Part shown: positions 1-7,390 of the stretch, one piece after another
Layout: the number at the start of each line of letters is the position of its first letter
How positions within the stretch are numbered: position 1 is the stretch's first letter
Source: an archaeon
Lineage (GTDB): Archaea; Iainarchaeota; Iainarchaeia; Iainarchaeales; Iainarchaeaceae
Direction: 5' to 3'
Assembly: GCA_035289485.1 (NCBI GenBank)
Contig: DATDXA010000007.1
Location: forward strand, 1 to 11,859
Length of the DNA stretch: 11,859 bases
Notes under the pieces: generated by a model
The model's database searches: none
Told to the model about the DNA's origin: nothing
The model's input: the letters and a program-made list of their open reading frames with translations, nothing else
Translations under genes and position numbers: made by a program

Positions 1-114
1 CCATCCGGCAATTCAATTTATTAATAACCTTTGCACCATATATAGACTAGGTCCACATTCTAATTTGCGTTTATCAGCAATAAAAAAGTGGATTTTATAA
101 AAAGGGGTGAAAAT

Positions 115-1200
115 GTGAAGTCTTTGGTTAGTTCGGCTACAGTTAAAGACAGCTCCAGCCAGGCGGCTGAAGCAAAAGGCGGCGACGAGTTCGCAACTCC
201 GAAAATAATGGTAATAGGATGCGGAGGAGCGGGCTGTAACGCCATCAACAGGCTCAGCAAGATGAACATAGAGGGAGCAACCCTCGCTGCAATCAATACA
301 GACAAGCAGCACCTCGCCATGGTCGGCGATGATGTAACAAAAGTTCTCATAGGAAAGAGCGTAACAAGGGGCTTAGGTGCAGGCGGATACCCTGAAATCG
401 GCGCAAAAGCCGCAGAGGTTAGCAAAAACGAGCTTACACAGCTTCTTGACGGAGTTGACATGCTCTTTGTTTCCGCAGGAATGGGAGGCGGAACAGGAAC
501 CGGCTCAGCGCCAATAGTTGCGGGAATCGCAAAAGAGCAGGGAGCAATCGTTGTCTCCATAGTAACATACCCGTTCTCGCTTGAGAGGGCAAGGATGATC
601 AACGCAGAAGCCGGAATACAGAAACTCTCTGATGTTTCGGACACGGTTGTTGTAATAGACAACAACAGGCTCGTTGAACTCGTTCCGAACCTTCCGATAC
701 AGGACGCATTCAAGGTCGCAGATGAAGTAATAGCAAGGACCGTGCGCGGAATAACAGAAACAATCACACAGCCTTCGCTAATCAACCTGGACTTTGCAGA
801 CATCAGAAGCGTCATGACAGGCAAAGGCCTCTCACTCATCGCAGTCGGAGAGAGCAAGTCTGTTAACAAGGTCGAGGAAGCGGTCGCTGACACGCTAAAC
901 AACACCCTTTTGGATGTTGACATCGCAGGAGCGCAAGGGTGCCTAATACACATAACAGGCGGACCTGAACTCACACTCGGTGAAGCTAACGCAATTGGCG
1001 AAATGCTAACTGAGAGAATAGATGCGAAAGCGCAGGTCATCTGGGGAGCAAGAGTTGACAACACATTCGAGAACAAAATCGAAGTGATTGCAATCTTCAC
1101 CGGAGTGAACTCGCCATACATCACAGGAAGCAAGAAGACATTTGGCATTCAGTCAAAATCCTCGTCAAAGGACAGGGATTTCGGGCTCAAGTATCTATAA
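115..1200 (+). CDS. ftsZ: Cell division GTPase FtsZ, archaeal FtsZ2-type
   Basis: Tubulin signature GGGTGTG, GCGGAGCN, AINTDKQHL, DNNRL, T7 loop NLDFADI and VIWGAR. Segments IAKEQGAIVV, VPNLPI and ETITQPSLINLD match what I recall of haloarchaeal FtsZ2. Start moved from GTG 88 to the in-frame GTG 115, which follows SD GGGGTGA (104-110). Confidence 0.97.
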   Translation: MKSLVSSATVKDSSSQAAEAKGGDEFATPKIMVIGCGGAGCNAINRLSKMNIEGATLAAINTDKQHLAMVGDDVTKVLIGKSVTRGLGAGGYPEIGAKAAEVSKNELTQLLDGVDMLFVSAGMGGGTGTGSAPIVAGIAKEQGAIVVSIVTYPFSLERARMINAEAGIQKLSDVSDTVVVIDNNRLVELVPNLPIQDAFKVADEVIARTVRGITETITQPSLINLDFADIRSVMTGKGLSLIAVGESKSVNKVEEAVADTLNNTLLDVDIAGAQGCLIHITGGPELTLGEANAIGEMLTERIDAKAQVIWGARVDNTFENKIEVIAIFTGVNSPYITGSKKTFGIQSKSSSKDRDFGLKYL

Positions 1201-1214
1201 ATCAATAATTTTCA

Positions 1215-1256
1215 CGGGGAGCGCCCCAAAGGCGCTTTCCGAATTTCTATTTTTCT
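1215..1256 (+). terminator. Stem-loop plus T-rich tract after ftsZ
   Basis: CGGGGAGCGCC (1215-1225), loop CCAAA, GGCGCTTTCCG (1231-1241) form an 11-bp stem with 2 G-U pairs, followed by TTTCTATTTTTCT, 14 nt after the stop codon. Confidence 0.65.
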
Positions 1257-1316
1257 AAAATCCTGTCAATTCATTAAACAACAACATTATATTCTACGGA
1301 AAACAAAAATACATAC

Positions 1317-1586
1317 ATGAAGAGAAGTGCGGTTAGGAAGAGAATAACACCCATTACAGACATACTTGAGATTCAGAGGCGACAGCATAGCGCAATACAA
1401 AAATTCCCAGCCTCGGCACCCCAAGCAATGCGACTTTTGGTTGGATCAAGAGCAAAGACCCACAATAAAGAATTGAAAAGGGAAATTGACAGGCTTGTTG
1501 AGGAAATCGGAAGAAATGGAAATATAACCGGCAAGCAACAAAGAAGCGCCGCCATTTTTTGCTGGCGCGCAATTAATGAGCCTTAA
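1317..1586 (+). CDS. Small basic hypothetical protein (89 aa)
   Basis: ATG ORF filling the gap, with TATA-like TTATATT at 1287-1293 (leaderless spacing). K/R-rich; no recognised family. Confidence 0.6.
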   Translation: MKRSAVRKRITPITDILEIQRRQHSAIQKFPASAPQAMRLLVGSRAKTHNKELKREIDRLVEEIGRNGNITGKQQRSAAIFCWRAINEP

Positions 1587-1601
1587 AAAATACATAGCAG
1601 T

Positions 1602-1778
1602 TTAATTCTGCCTTGAAATTATCAGAAAAATCCCGACTATTAGAAAAACTATGCTAAGGTATGGGCTCTGAAGAAACGGGTTGATTATATCAAGAGGCGC
1701 TGGGACACTCTTTACAAGACCGCCAAGGCCTGCACCTAAGAAAAGCATCCCAAGAGCAAATTTGTCAACTGAGAACAT
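1602..1778 (-). CDS. Small two-helix membrane protein (58 aa)
   Basis: Two hydrophobic segments (FALGMLFLGAGLGGLV; YLSIVFLIVGIFLIIS). ATG at 1778 preferred over TTG 1787 because TATA TTATTAAG (1808-1801) lies 22 nt upstream. Confidence 0.65.
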   Translation of the reverse strand: MFSVDKFALGMLFLGAGLGGLVKSVPAPLDIINPFLQSPYLSIVFLIVGIFLIISRQN

Positions 1779-1800
1779 CGAATACAAAATGGCTTAACCG

Positions 1801-1873
1801 CTTAATAAGGATTACTCGAACCATTCGACATTCGACCATTGTGCGAATTGTTGATTGACGAAACCTTTTTATG
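1801..1873. promoter_or_regulatory. Divergent promoter region with TCGA/CATT repeats
   Basis: Minus-strand TATA at 1801-1808. Plus-strand BRE-like CGAAA (1859-1863) and TTTTTATG (1866-1873). Tandem CATTCGA CATTCGA (1822-1835) lies between the two. Confidence 0.5.
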
Positions 1874-1894
1874 GATTTAAGGGGGTAATTTTGC

Positions 1895-2596
1895 ATGGAT
1901 CAACTGGCAACTACGATAGCGGGGGAAATTGCACTCTCAAAAGACCCGGGCTCTAGCATGAAAAAGTGGCGCGAAATATTCGGAGTAAGCCAAACTGAGC
2001 TTGCAGAAGTTCTCAAGATTTCCTCATCAACTATTTCAGATTACGAAGGCGGGAGAAGGAAAAGCCCAGGGATCGGGGTTGTTGCAAGGCTTGTGGAAAG
2101 CCTGATTGATATAGATAAGAATCGCGGAGGGAAAGTAAAAAAGCAACTCGAAAAGAATTTCGCGCCAAGAAGCGATGTGTTTGATATTACAGAATTTTCA
2201 AAGGCAATTGATGGGAAGAAATTCGCTGAGCTCATTAAAGGCGAATGCGTTGCAAATCCGGGGAAGCTAAAAGAAATTCAACTTTATGGGTACAGCGTTA
2301 TAGATTCGCTAAAAGTCATTCTGGATGTTCCTGTGCACGAATACATCAAGATGTATGGCAAAACCCCAGAGCGCGCTCTTATATTTTTGCAGGTGGGTTC
2401 TGGAAGAAGCCCGATGATTGCGGTAAAGGTTGGAAGATTTTCAACCGAGATGCGCCCATCAATTGTTGTGCTGCACGGAATCGATAAGGTTGACCCAATT
2501 GCGCAGAAAATAGCGGAATCGGAAAAGATACCGCTTCTAATCACCACAACACCAGTAGAAGAAATAAAGAAGGCACTGAAGGAATTTGAAGTGTGA
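1895..2596 (+). CDS. XRE-family HTH transcriptional regulator with C-terminal DRTGG/HPr-kinase-N-like domain (COG1709-like)
   Basis: N-terminal [40 protein letters not shown] is the XRE HTH of this conserved archaeal family. The C-terminal [35 protein letters not shown] also fits. Confidence 0.88.
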   Translation: [233 protein letters not shown]

Positions 2597-2611
2597 AAGT
2601 AAGGTAATAAG

Positions 2612-3469
2612 ATGATTAGGAAAACTTTTGCAGCGGCAATGAGAGCCGCGCGAAAATTTGTTCCAAGAAACAAAGAACCAAAAACTGTTTCTCCTCTAAA
2701 ACCCATGGCTTTTCTAAGTAGGATTGCAAAAATTTGGGGAGTGCCATTTAAGAAATTGCAGCCAGAGGAACGTAGTTTTCAAAGGCTCAAAATACCAATT
2801 ACGCCGTGGATTTTTGGTAAAAGAATTGTTAAGCAGGGTTCTACAAGAGGAGAATACAAACCAAAAACACACATTATAGAAGTTGATCCAACGGACGCTT
2901 TTACTCGTTCTCACGAAATAACACATGCGGGTGCAATAATAATATCCCCTGCAAAAGAATATGAAAATTGGACACAGGATACTATGAAAACACGTTTAGC
3001 TTCAGTTAGTTATGGATTTGGCGGATATCCAAAGGTGATGCAGGCAGTTTCAAAACACGAAAGAATAGCTGACCTTGCAGGTAAAGAAAAAGGGCACTCT
3101 GGGGCAAGCCTACAAAAGTTTTTAGGGCTAATAGGCATCCCCTCAATAGGAGTTATCTTCCCACCGCTTGGCGTCCTTGTCGGAGCAAAATATGTCGGAC
3201 GCGAAGTGGAGCTGAGGACACAACATAGAAGTGTAAGAGGGTTTTACAACAGGCATGGCATGGACGGAATAATACTTTTATCAGCATCACCACCGAAAGT
3301 TTTTGGCACACTCGAACTTTTAAGCTGGGAGAAAAAAATGATAAAAAACGGGTTGCTGGCTGAAAGTGCGGGCCTTACCGCATCAGGAGAAAATCACCTC
3401 AGACGCATATTGCCAAAAGAAACAATACTTGCAAGGCTCAAGGCTGCGGAAAGAAACCGGGCAAAATGA
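2612..3469 (+). CDS. Basic hypothetical protein, putative zinc metallopeptidase (HExxH) with a hydrophobic segment
   Basis: 285-aa ORF 15 nt after the regulator, with SD-like AAGGT. GEY...IIEV precedes HEITH (2912-2926), ERIADLAG follows (3059-3082), then hydrophobic FLGLIGIPSIGVIFPPLGVLVG. The gene call is solid; the function is inferred. Confidence 0.7.
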   Translation: MIRKTFAAAMRAARKFVPRNKEPKTVSPLKPMAFLSRIAKIWGVPFKKLQPEERSFQRLKIPITPWIFGKRIVKQGSTRGEYKPKTHIIEVDPTDAFTRSHEITHAGAIIISPAKEYENWTQDTMKTRLASVSYGFGGYPKVMQAVSKHERIADLAGKEKGHSGASLQKFLGLIGIPSIGVIFPPLGVLVGAKYVGREVELRTQHRSVRGFYNRHGMDGIILLSASPPKVFGTLELLSWEKKMIKNGLLAESAGLTASGENHLRRILPKETILARLKAAERNRAK

Positions 3470-3478
3470 GAAGCCAAC

Positions 3479-4189
3479 TCAGAATTTTATGCAATAAGTG
3501 TGCCTATACTTCGTTGTCCCGTTATCGTTCATCCCAATCATCTTGTTTGAGTAGATTACCCTCAGGCCATATTTTTTTGCAAGGCGATTGGTCACTATCT
3601 TTGAAGCCTTTGCCGAGCCAACCATCACATCAAACCCGCCGGGAACATTTTTCGAATCCACGGCTTCGGATAGCTCGATTTTCTTTTTCTGCTCTTTTAG
3701 AAATTTCATGAGCTCAGCCATCTTCGCGCGGCCCTCTTCAAGCGTTGGCTTTTTGATGAATCTTATCTGGATTATTGCCTCGTGGTAATTTGAGGCAAGC
3801 CTCATTGAGGCATCGGAAATGGTTTTATGCAGCCGCACTTTCACATTCTTTTTCACAAGAAGCGGAACCCCTTCCACAACCACAGAAAATGAAACATCCG
3901 AGAAAATATCCCCATCCTTTCGCTCCAAAGAAACGACAATATCTGAGACTGGAATCTTTTTTGGCTTTGCAAGGGACTTTATTTTATCCCCAATCATCTC
4001 GCCGATTGCCTGGTCTGTAAGTTCTACCCAGTCCCTGCCGATTCTCACCCTTCCGCTACGCGAATCAAAATCAATTACGAACTCTTCAGGAAGCGGAAGA
4101 ACTTCGCCCTTTTGCAAATAGCATTCAGGGCAGAGGCTGCTTATTAGATGGTCCAGTTCCTTGCCGCAATTCACACAAAAACGCTTCAT
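3479..4189 (-). CDS. nmd3: NMD3-family ribosome biogenesis protein (short form)
   Basis: N-terminal FCVNCG...LCPEC Zn knuckle, YHEAIIQIR motif, GGFDV and C-terminal KMIG..NG...YRHTY. ATG 4189 follows SD GCGGTG. Confidence 0.88.
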   Translation of the reverse strand: MKRFCVNCGKELDHLISSLCPECYLQKGEVLPLPEEFVIDFDSRSGRVRIGRDWVELTDQAIGEMIGDKIKSLAKPKKIPVSDIVVSLERKDGDIFSDVSFSVVVEGVPLLVKKNVKVRLHKTISDASMRLASNYHEAIIQIRFIKKPTLEEGRAKMAELMKFLKEQKKKIELSEAVDSKNVPGGFDVMVGSAKASKIVTNRLAKKYGLRVIYSNKMIGMNDNGTTKYRHTYCIKF

Positions 4190-4210
4190 AAAAACACCGC
4201 TCAAAACCGC

Positions 4211-4984
4211 TTACTTCTTTCCGGCATAATTTAGGTAAAACACCGGATTTAGCACGTACATGTAAGTGTAAACGTAAGCTGTCAAAAACCTTATTATGAT
4301 GAACGCAAACCAGAAAAGCGCCGTGCCTTCATCTTGCGGGAAGTATTCAATTGCAAAGGCAATTGCAAGGGAGAGCACAGAAAGCAAAAGGCTCAAGATA
4401 GTTGCCTTTGCAACATCCCGCTTGTTTTTCAGAGAAATCGCAATCGAGCGCCTGAATGATTCAAGCGCCCCCAGTTTTTCAAATGCAACAAGAGGGTAGA
4501 GGGTATAGAAGAAGAAAACCGCGGCAAGAATCAGAAGAACATAAATTCCGGTGAAAATGAGCGAATAATCGCTTTCTGAAACAATCAGTATGGAAAGCGG
4601 AATGGATAGGATAAATATTGCCGCAAGCACTCCGGCCTCGAGAATGAGAAGCGGAGGGAGTATTTTGCCAGCGTTCGAGGCAACCTGCTTAAGCGAGGAA
4701 AAAATCGAAACCTTCCTGCGCGCAAGCGCATCCTTTACCAAAAACGGATACATCGCGCTCACCACAATATCAAGAACACCGACAGCGAGAACTGCAAGGA
4801 GCAGTGCAAGGAGCATTGGAAGAAGCGAGAGCGCGGGATCGGCAAGCACATCAGCAGCTACGCTTGCGGTTAGCAAAATAGTGATGCTGTAGAGAAATGA
4901 AATAAGAAGCTTTGGCAGAATGAATTTTGGGTTTTCAAGAAATATGCGCAGCGAACTTTGAAGGGTTTCAAAAAACCTGCTCAT
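4211..4984 (-). CDS. Polytopic membrane protein (about 6 TM), function unknown
   Basis: Multiple hydrophobic helices, a 'GALESFRRSIAI' amphipathic motif common in archaeal membrane hypotheticals, and an ATGA overlap with the upstream gene at 4981-4984. Confidence 0.85.
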   Translation of the reverse strand: MSRFFETLQSSLRIFLENPKFILPKLLISFLYSITILLTASVAADVLADPALSLLPMLLALLLAVLAVGVLDIVVSAMYPFLVKDALARRKVSIFSSLKQVASNAGKILPPLLILEAGVLAAIFILSIPLSILIVSESDYSLIFTGIYVLLILAAVFFFYTLYPLVAFEKLGALESFRRSIAISLKNKRDVAKATILSLLLSVLSLAIAFAIEYFPQDEGTALFWFAFIIIRFLTAYVYTYMYVLNPVFYLNYAGKK

Positions 4985-6246
4985 AAATCCATTACCTGCC
5001 CGAACTCGGGAACAATTGGAGAGAAGCCTTCCTCTTTAATGGATTTCGCGAACTTGGCGCTAACTTCGGCGTCACCATGCACGCACACAACCTTTTCTGG
5101 ATTCAGTTTCTTTATTGCGCGGAAGAGCTCTTCTCTTCCGGCATGAGCGCTGAAATCGTATCTTTCAACCGCGGCCTTGACATCAACCGTAAGGCCATCT
5201 AAATTTATCCTTCCGGTTTCGAGCAAAATCTTGCCCGGAGTTTCCTTGACCTGATAGCCCGTGAGCATAATCTTTGAGTTCTTGTCATTGTAAATTGCAG
5301 GGAGATATGCATAAACGCTTCCGCCCTGCATCATGCCGCTTGTGCACACAATTACCGAGGGCTGCTTTAGCGCGCTTTTTCTTGTTTTCACATCCCTGAC
5401 CCAATTGACCTTCTCAAGGGCGTTTTTCAAGAACTTGGGGTCCTTTAGGTATGCTGGGTTTCGCAAATAAACTTCGGCAACTCTCTGGCCCATCCCGTCA
5501 AAATAAATCGGAGCCTCGACATTGTACTCAGTTAGAACATCGATTATTTCCTGGCTTCTTCCAACCGCAAATGAGGGGAGAAGCGCATGGCCGCCGTTGT
5601 CAATTGCCTCCTGCACCGATGCAACAAACAATTTCTCGGTTTCCTTCCTGTTCGGATGATCGCGGTCCCCGTAAGTGCTCTCGGTAATCATGACATCGCA
5701 CTCCTTTATTTTGTCGAACTGCGCGGGGCCATGAAGGCGGGTGTCGACATACCTGAAGTCCCCTGTGTATACAATGTTTTTGTTGCGCATGCGAAGCTCG
5801 GTAATTGCTGAGCCCACAATGTGCCCGGCATCATGGAAAACAACAGAAGAGTGGTCGGTTATTTCCATTGGCTTATTGTAAGGAATTGGAAAAGTGAATT
5901 TTTCAGTTTTTGCAATGGATTCTTTGGAGAATTTGGCGTCCATTCCTTCGAGCCCCGCGATTTTGAGCGTGTCAAACCACAAAATCTTGGCAATTCCCAA
6001 AGTGGGCGGGGTCATGTAAGTGAGGCAGTGGGTATTCTCAAATAAAAACGGGAGATTTCCTGTATGGTCTAGGTGGGCGTGTGAAATTATCGCGGCGTTC
6101 AAATTGACCTTTACGGGAAGTGGGTATTCTATCCCCTCAGGAGTTAGCTTTACCCCGTAATCTAGGAGTATCTTATCGCCATCATCCACAAGGAATGCGC
6201 TTCTGCCGACTTCCTGCGCCGCGCCCTTAAAAGTGATTTTAACCAT
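4981..6246 (-). CDS. Metallo-beta-lactamase/beta-CASP ribonuclease (aCPSF2-like, no KH domains)
   Basis: GAAQEVGRS, HAHLDH, AGHIVGSA, YTGD, ESTYG, FAVGRSQE, SGMMQGG, GYQ, FSAHAG and VHGD. About 421 aa, lacking the N-terminal KH domains of aCPSF1. Start set at ATG 6246. Confidence 0.93.
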   Translation of the reverse strand: MVKITFKGAAQEVGRSAFLVDDGDKILLDYGVKLTPEGIEYPLPVKVNLNAAIISHAHLDHTGNLPFLFENTHCLTYMTPPTLGIAKILWFDTLKIAGLEGMDAKFSKESIAKTEKFTFPIPYNKPMEITDHSSVVFHDAGHIVGSAITELRMRNKNIVYTGDFRYVDTRLHGPAQFDKIKECDVMITESTYGDRDHPNRKETEKLFVASVQEAIDNGGHALLPSFAVGRSQEIIDVLTEYNVEAPIYFDGMGQRVAEVYLRNPAYLKDPKFLKNALEKVNWVRDVKTRKSALKQPSVIVCTSGMMQGGSVYAYLPAIYNDKNSKIMLTGYQVKETPGKILLETGRINLDGLTVDVKAAVERYDFSAHAGREELFRAIKKLNPEKVVCVHGDAEVSAKFAKSIKEEGFSPIVPEFGQVMDL

Positions 6247-6272
6247 TGGAATCAACAAAATTGAACGGCAAC

Positions 6273-6284
6273 AAATTTAATAAA
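6273..6284. promoter_or_regulatory. Shared bidirectional TATA box
   Basis: AAATTTAATAAA reads TTTAATAA on + (22 nt before ATG 6306) and TTTATTAAAT on - (28 nt before ATG 6246), within a 59-nt divergent gap. Confidence 0.6.
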
Positions 6285-6305
6285 GGTGTTTTGCCCATTC
6301 TTTGC

Positions 6306-6932
6306 ATGAAAACGCTTGCCTTAGGCGAATCCATCAAATTAGCGCAGAAATACGGCATAAGGTTTGTGAAAACCGCCCACGCAAGAACCGAAAGCGAAGC
6401 CGAAAAGGCGTGCAGGCACATCGGATTTCCGGTTGTGATGAAAGTCATCTCTTCTCAAATAACCCACAAGACCGATTCTGGGGGGGTGAAGGTTGGAATC
6501 CGGACAATTGAGGAGGCGCGGGAAACTTTTGTAAAATTAAGAAAGTTAAAAGGGTTTGAAGGGGTTGCGGTGCAGCAAATGGCGCAGGGCACCGAAATCA
6601 TAATCGGCGGAATTCGCGATGTGCAGTTCGGCCCCGCGGTCTTGTTTGGCTTTGGGGGAATTTATGCGGAAGTTTTTAAGGATTATTGCCTGCGCCTGTG
6701 CCCGATTGAGAGGAAAACCGCGCTTGAAATGGTGAAAAGCGTAAAAGCCTATCCGATACTTGCGGGAGCGAGGGGGACAGAAGGCGCAAACATTGGAAAA
6801 ATTGTGAAAGCGATAATGGATGTTAGCAAATTAATGATGAAGGAAGGAAACGTGCTTGAACTTGATATTAATCCGCTGATGGCGTCGAAAAAGGAACTCA
6901 TTGCGGTGGATGCGCGCGTGGTGACAAATTAG
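6306..6932 (+). CDS. acdB: Acetate/acyl-CoA ligase (ADP-forming) beta subunit, ATP-grasp
   Basis: IGFPVVMK, ITHKTDSGGV (phospho-His motif), VQQM, EIIIGGIRDVQFGP, GGIYAEV, L-GARG, ELDINPL and AVDAR. Start moved to ATG 6306. Confidence 0.9.
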   Translation: MKTLALGESIKLAQKYGIRFVKTAHARTESEAEKACRHIGFPVVMKVISSQITHKTDSGGVKVGIRTIEEARETFVKLRKLKGFEGVAVQQMAQGTEIIIGGIRDVQFGPAVLFGFGGIYAEVFKDYCLRLCPIERKTALEMVKSVKAYPILAGARGTEGANIGKIVKAIMDVSKLMMKEGNVLELDINPLMASKKELIAVDARVVTN

Positions 6933-6959
6933 AAACAATATTCAAATTTTAAAAATTAT

Positions 6960-7283
6960 TTAGGGCATCGCCCTTAGCCTAAAGAAGCACTCATCGCAAA
7001 TGAACTTGCCGTTAAAATCCATCCCTCTCTCCGCGCGCGCATTGCAAAGGATGCACTCCGCGCCCTTTGCGGGGTGCGATTCGCGGATGCTCCACTCATA
7101 GAGCAAATCCCAGTCAAGCCACTGCGGGAGCACGAGCTCTTTTAGGACGGTTTTGTCATTTTGCTGGATGCGCTTTAGCTGCATCGGAAGAACGCGCTTT
7201 CGCAATTCGCTTTCAAAAAAATGCACGCGCGAGCCCTCGCCCCTTCGGACGAATTCAACCATGCGCTGCTCCCAAGAATCCAT
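6960..7283 (-). CDS. Small protein with C-terminal CxxC-x15-CxxC zinc finger (Gin/CsfB- or AbrB-C-like)
   Basis: CILC-NARAERGMDFNGKFI-CDEC at aa 77-99. TATA ATAAATA (7313-7307) at leaderless spacing from ATG 7283. Confidence 0.8.
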   Translation of the reverse strand: MDSWEQRMVEFVRRGEGSRVHFFESELRKRVLPMQLKRIQQNDKTVLKELVLPQWLDWDLLYEWSIRESHPAKGAECILCNARAERGMDFNGKFICDECFFRLRAMP

Positions 7284-7390
7284 CTGTAAAAAGAACGGAG
7301 AGGTGATATTTATGACTTCGCAAATGCGGCTTTATCGCAAAGTTGTATATTCTAACCTAACAAATGTTGATTGCACTCCAGCCATATTTA

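Noticed and set aside
52..92. Possible ftsZ 5' UTR hairpin (TCCAC...TTGC/GCAA...GTGGA)
   Set aside because: The stems are only 4-5 bp in AT-rich DNA and cannot be distinguished from chance.
2..100. Open frame ending just before the ftsZ SD, as a possible cdrS (RHH regulator usually upstream of ftsZ2)
   Set aside because: Translation HPAIQFINNLCTIYRLGPHSNLRLSAIKKWIL shows no RHH 'RSEAIR'-like motif, and the region looks like AT-rich promoter DNA.
60..1148. 362-aa minus-strand ORF, plus 13..312
   Set aside because: Antisense shadows of ftsZ; Ser/Pro-rich with no motifs.
6246..6305. N-terminal extensions in the ORF track (also 88-114, 4190-4204, 6247-6258, 8411-8500)
   Set aside because: They overlap promoters or divergent genes; downstream starts fit the SD/TATA spacing and family N-termini better.
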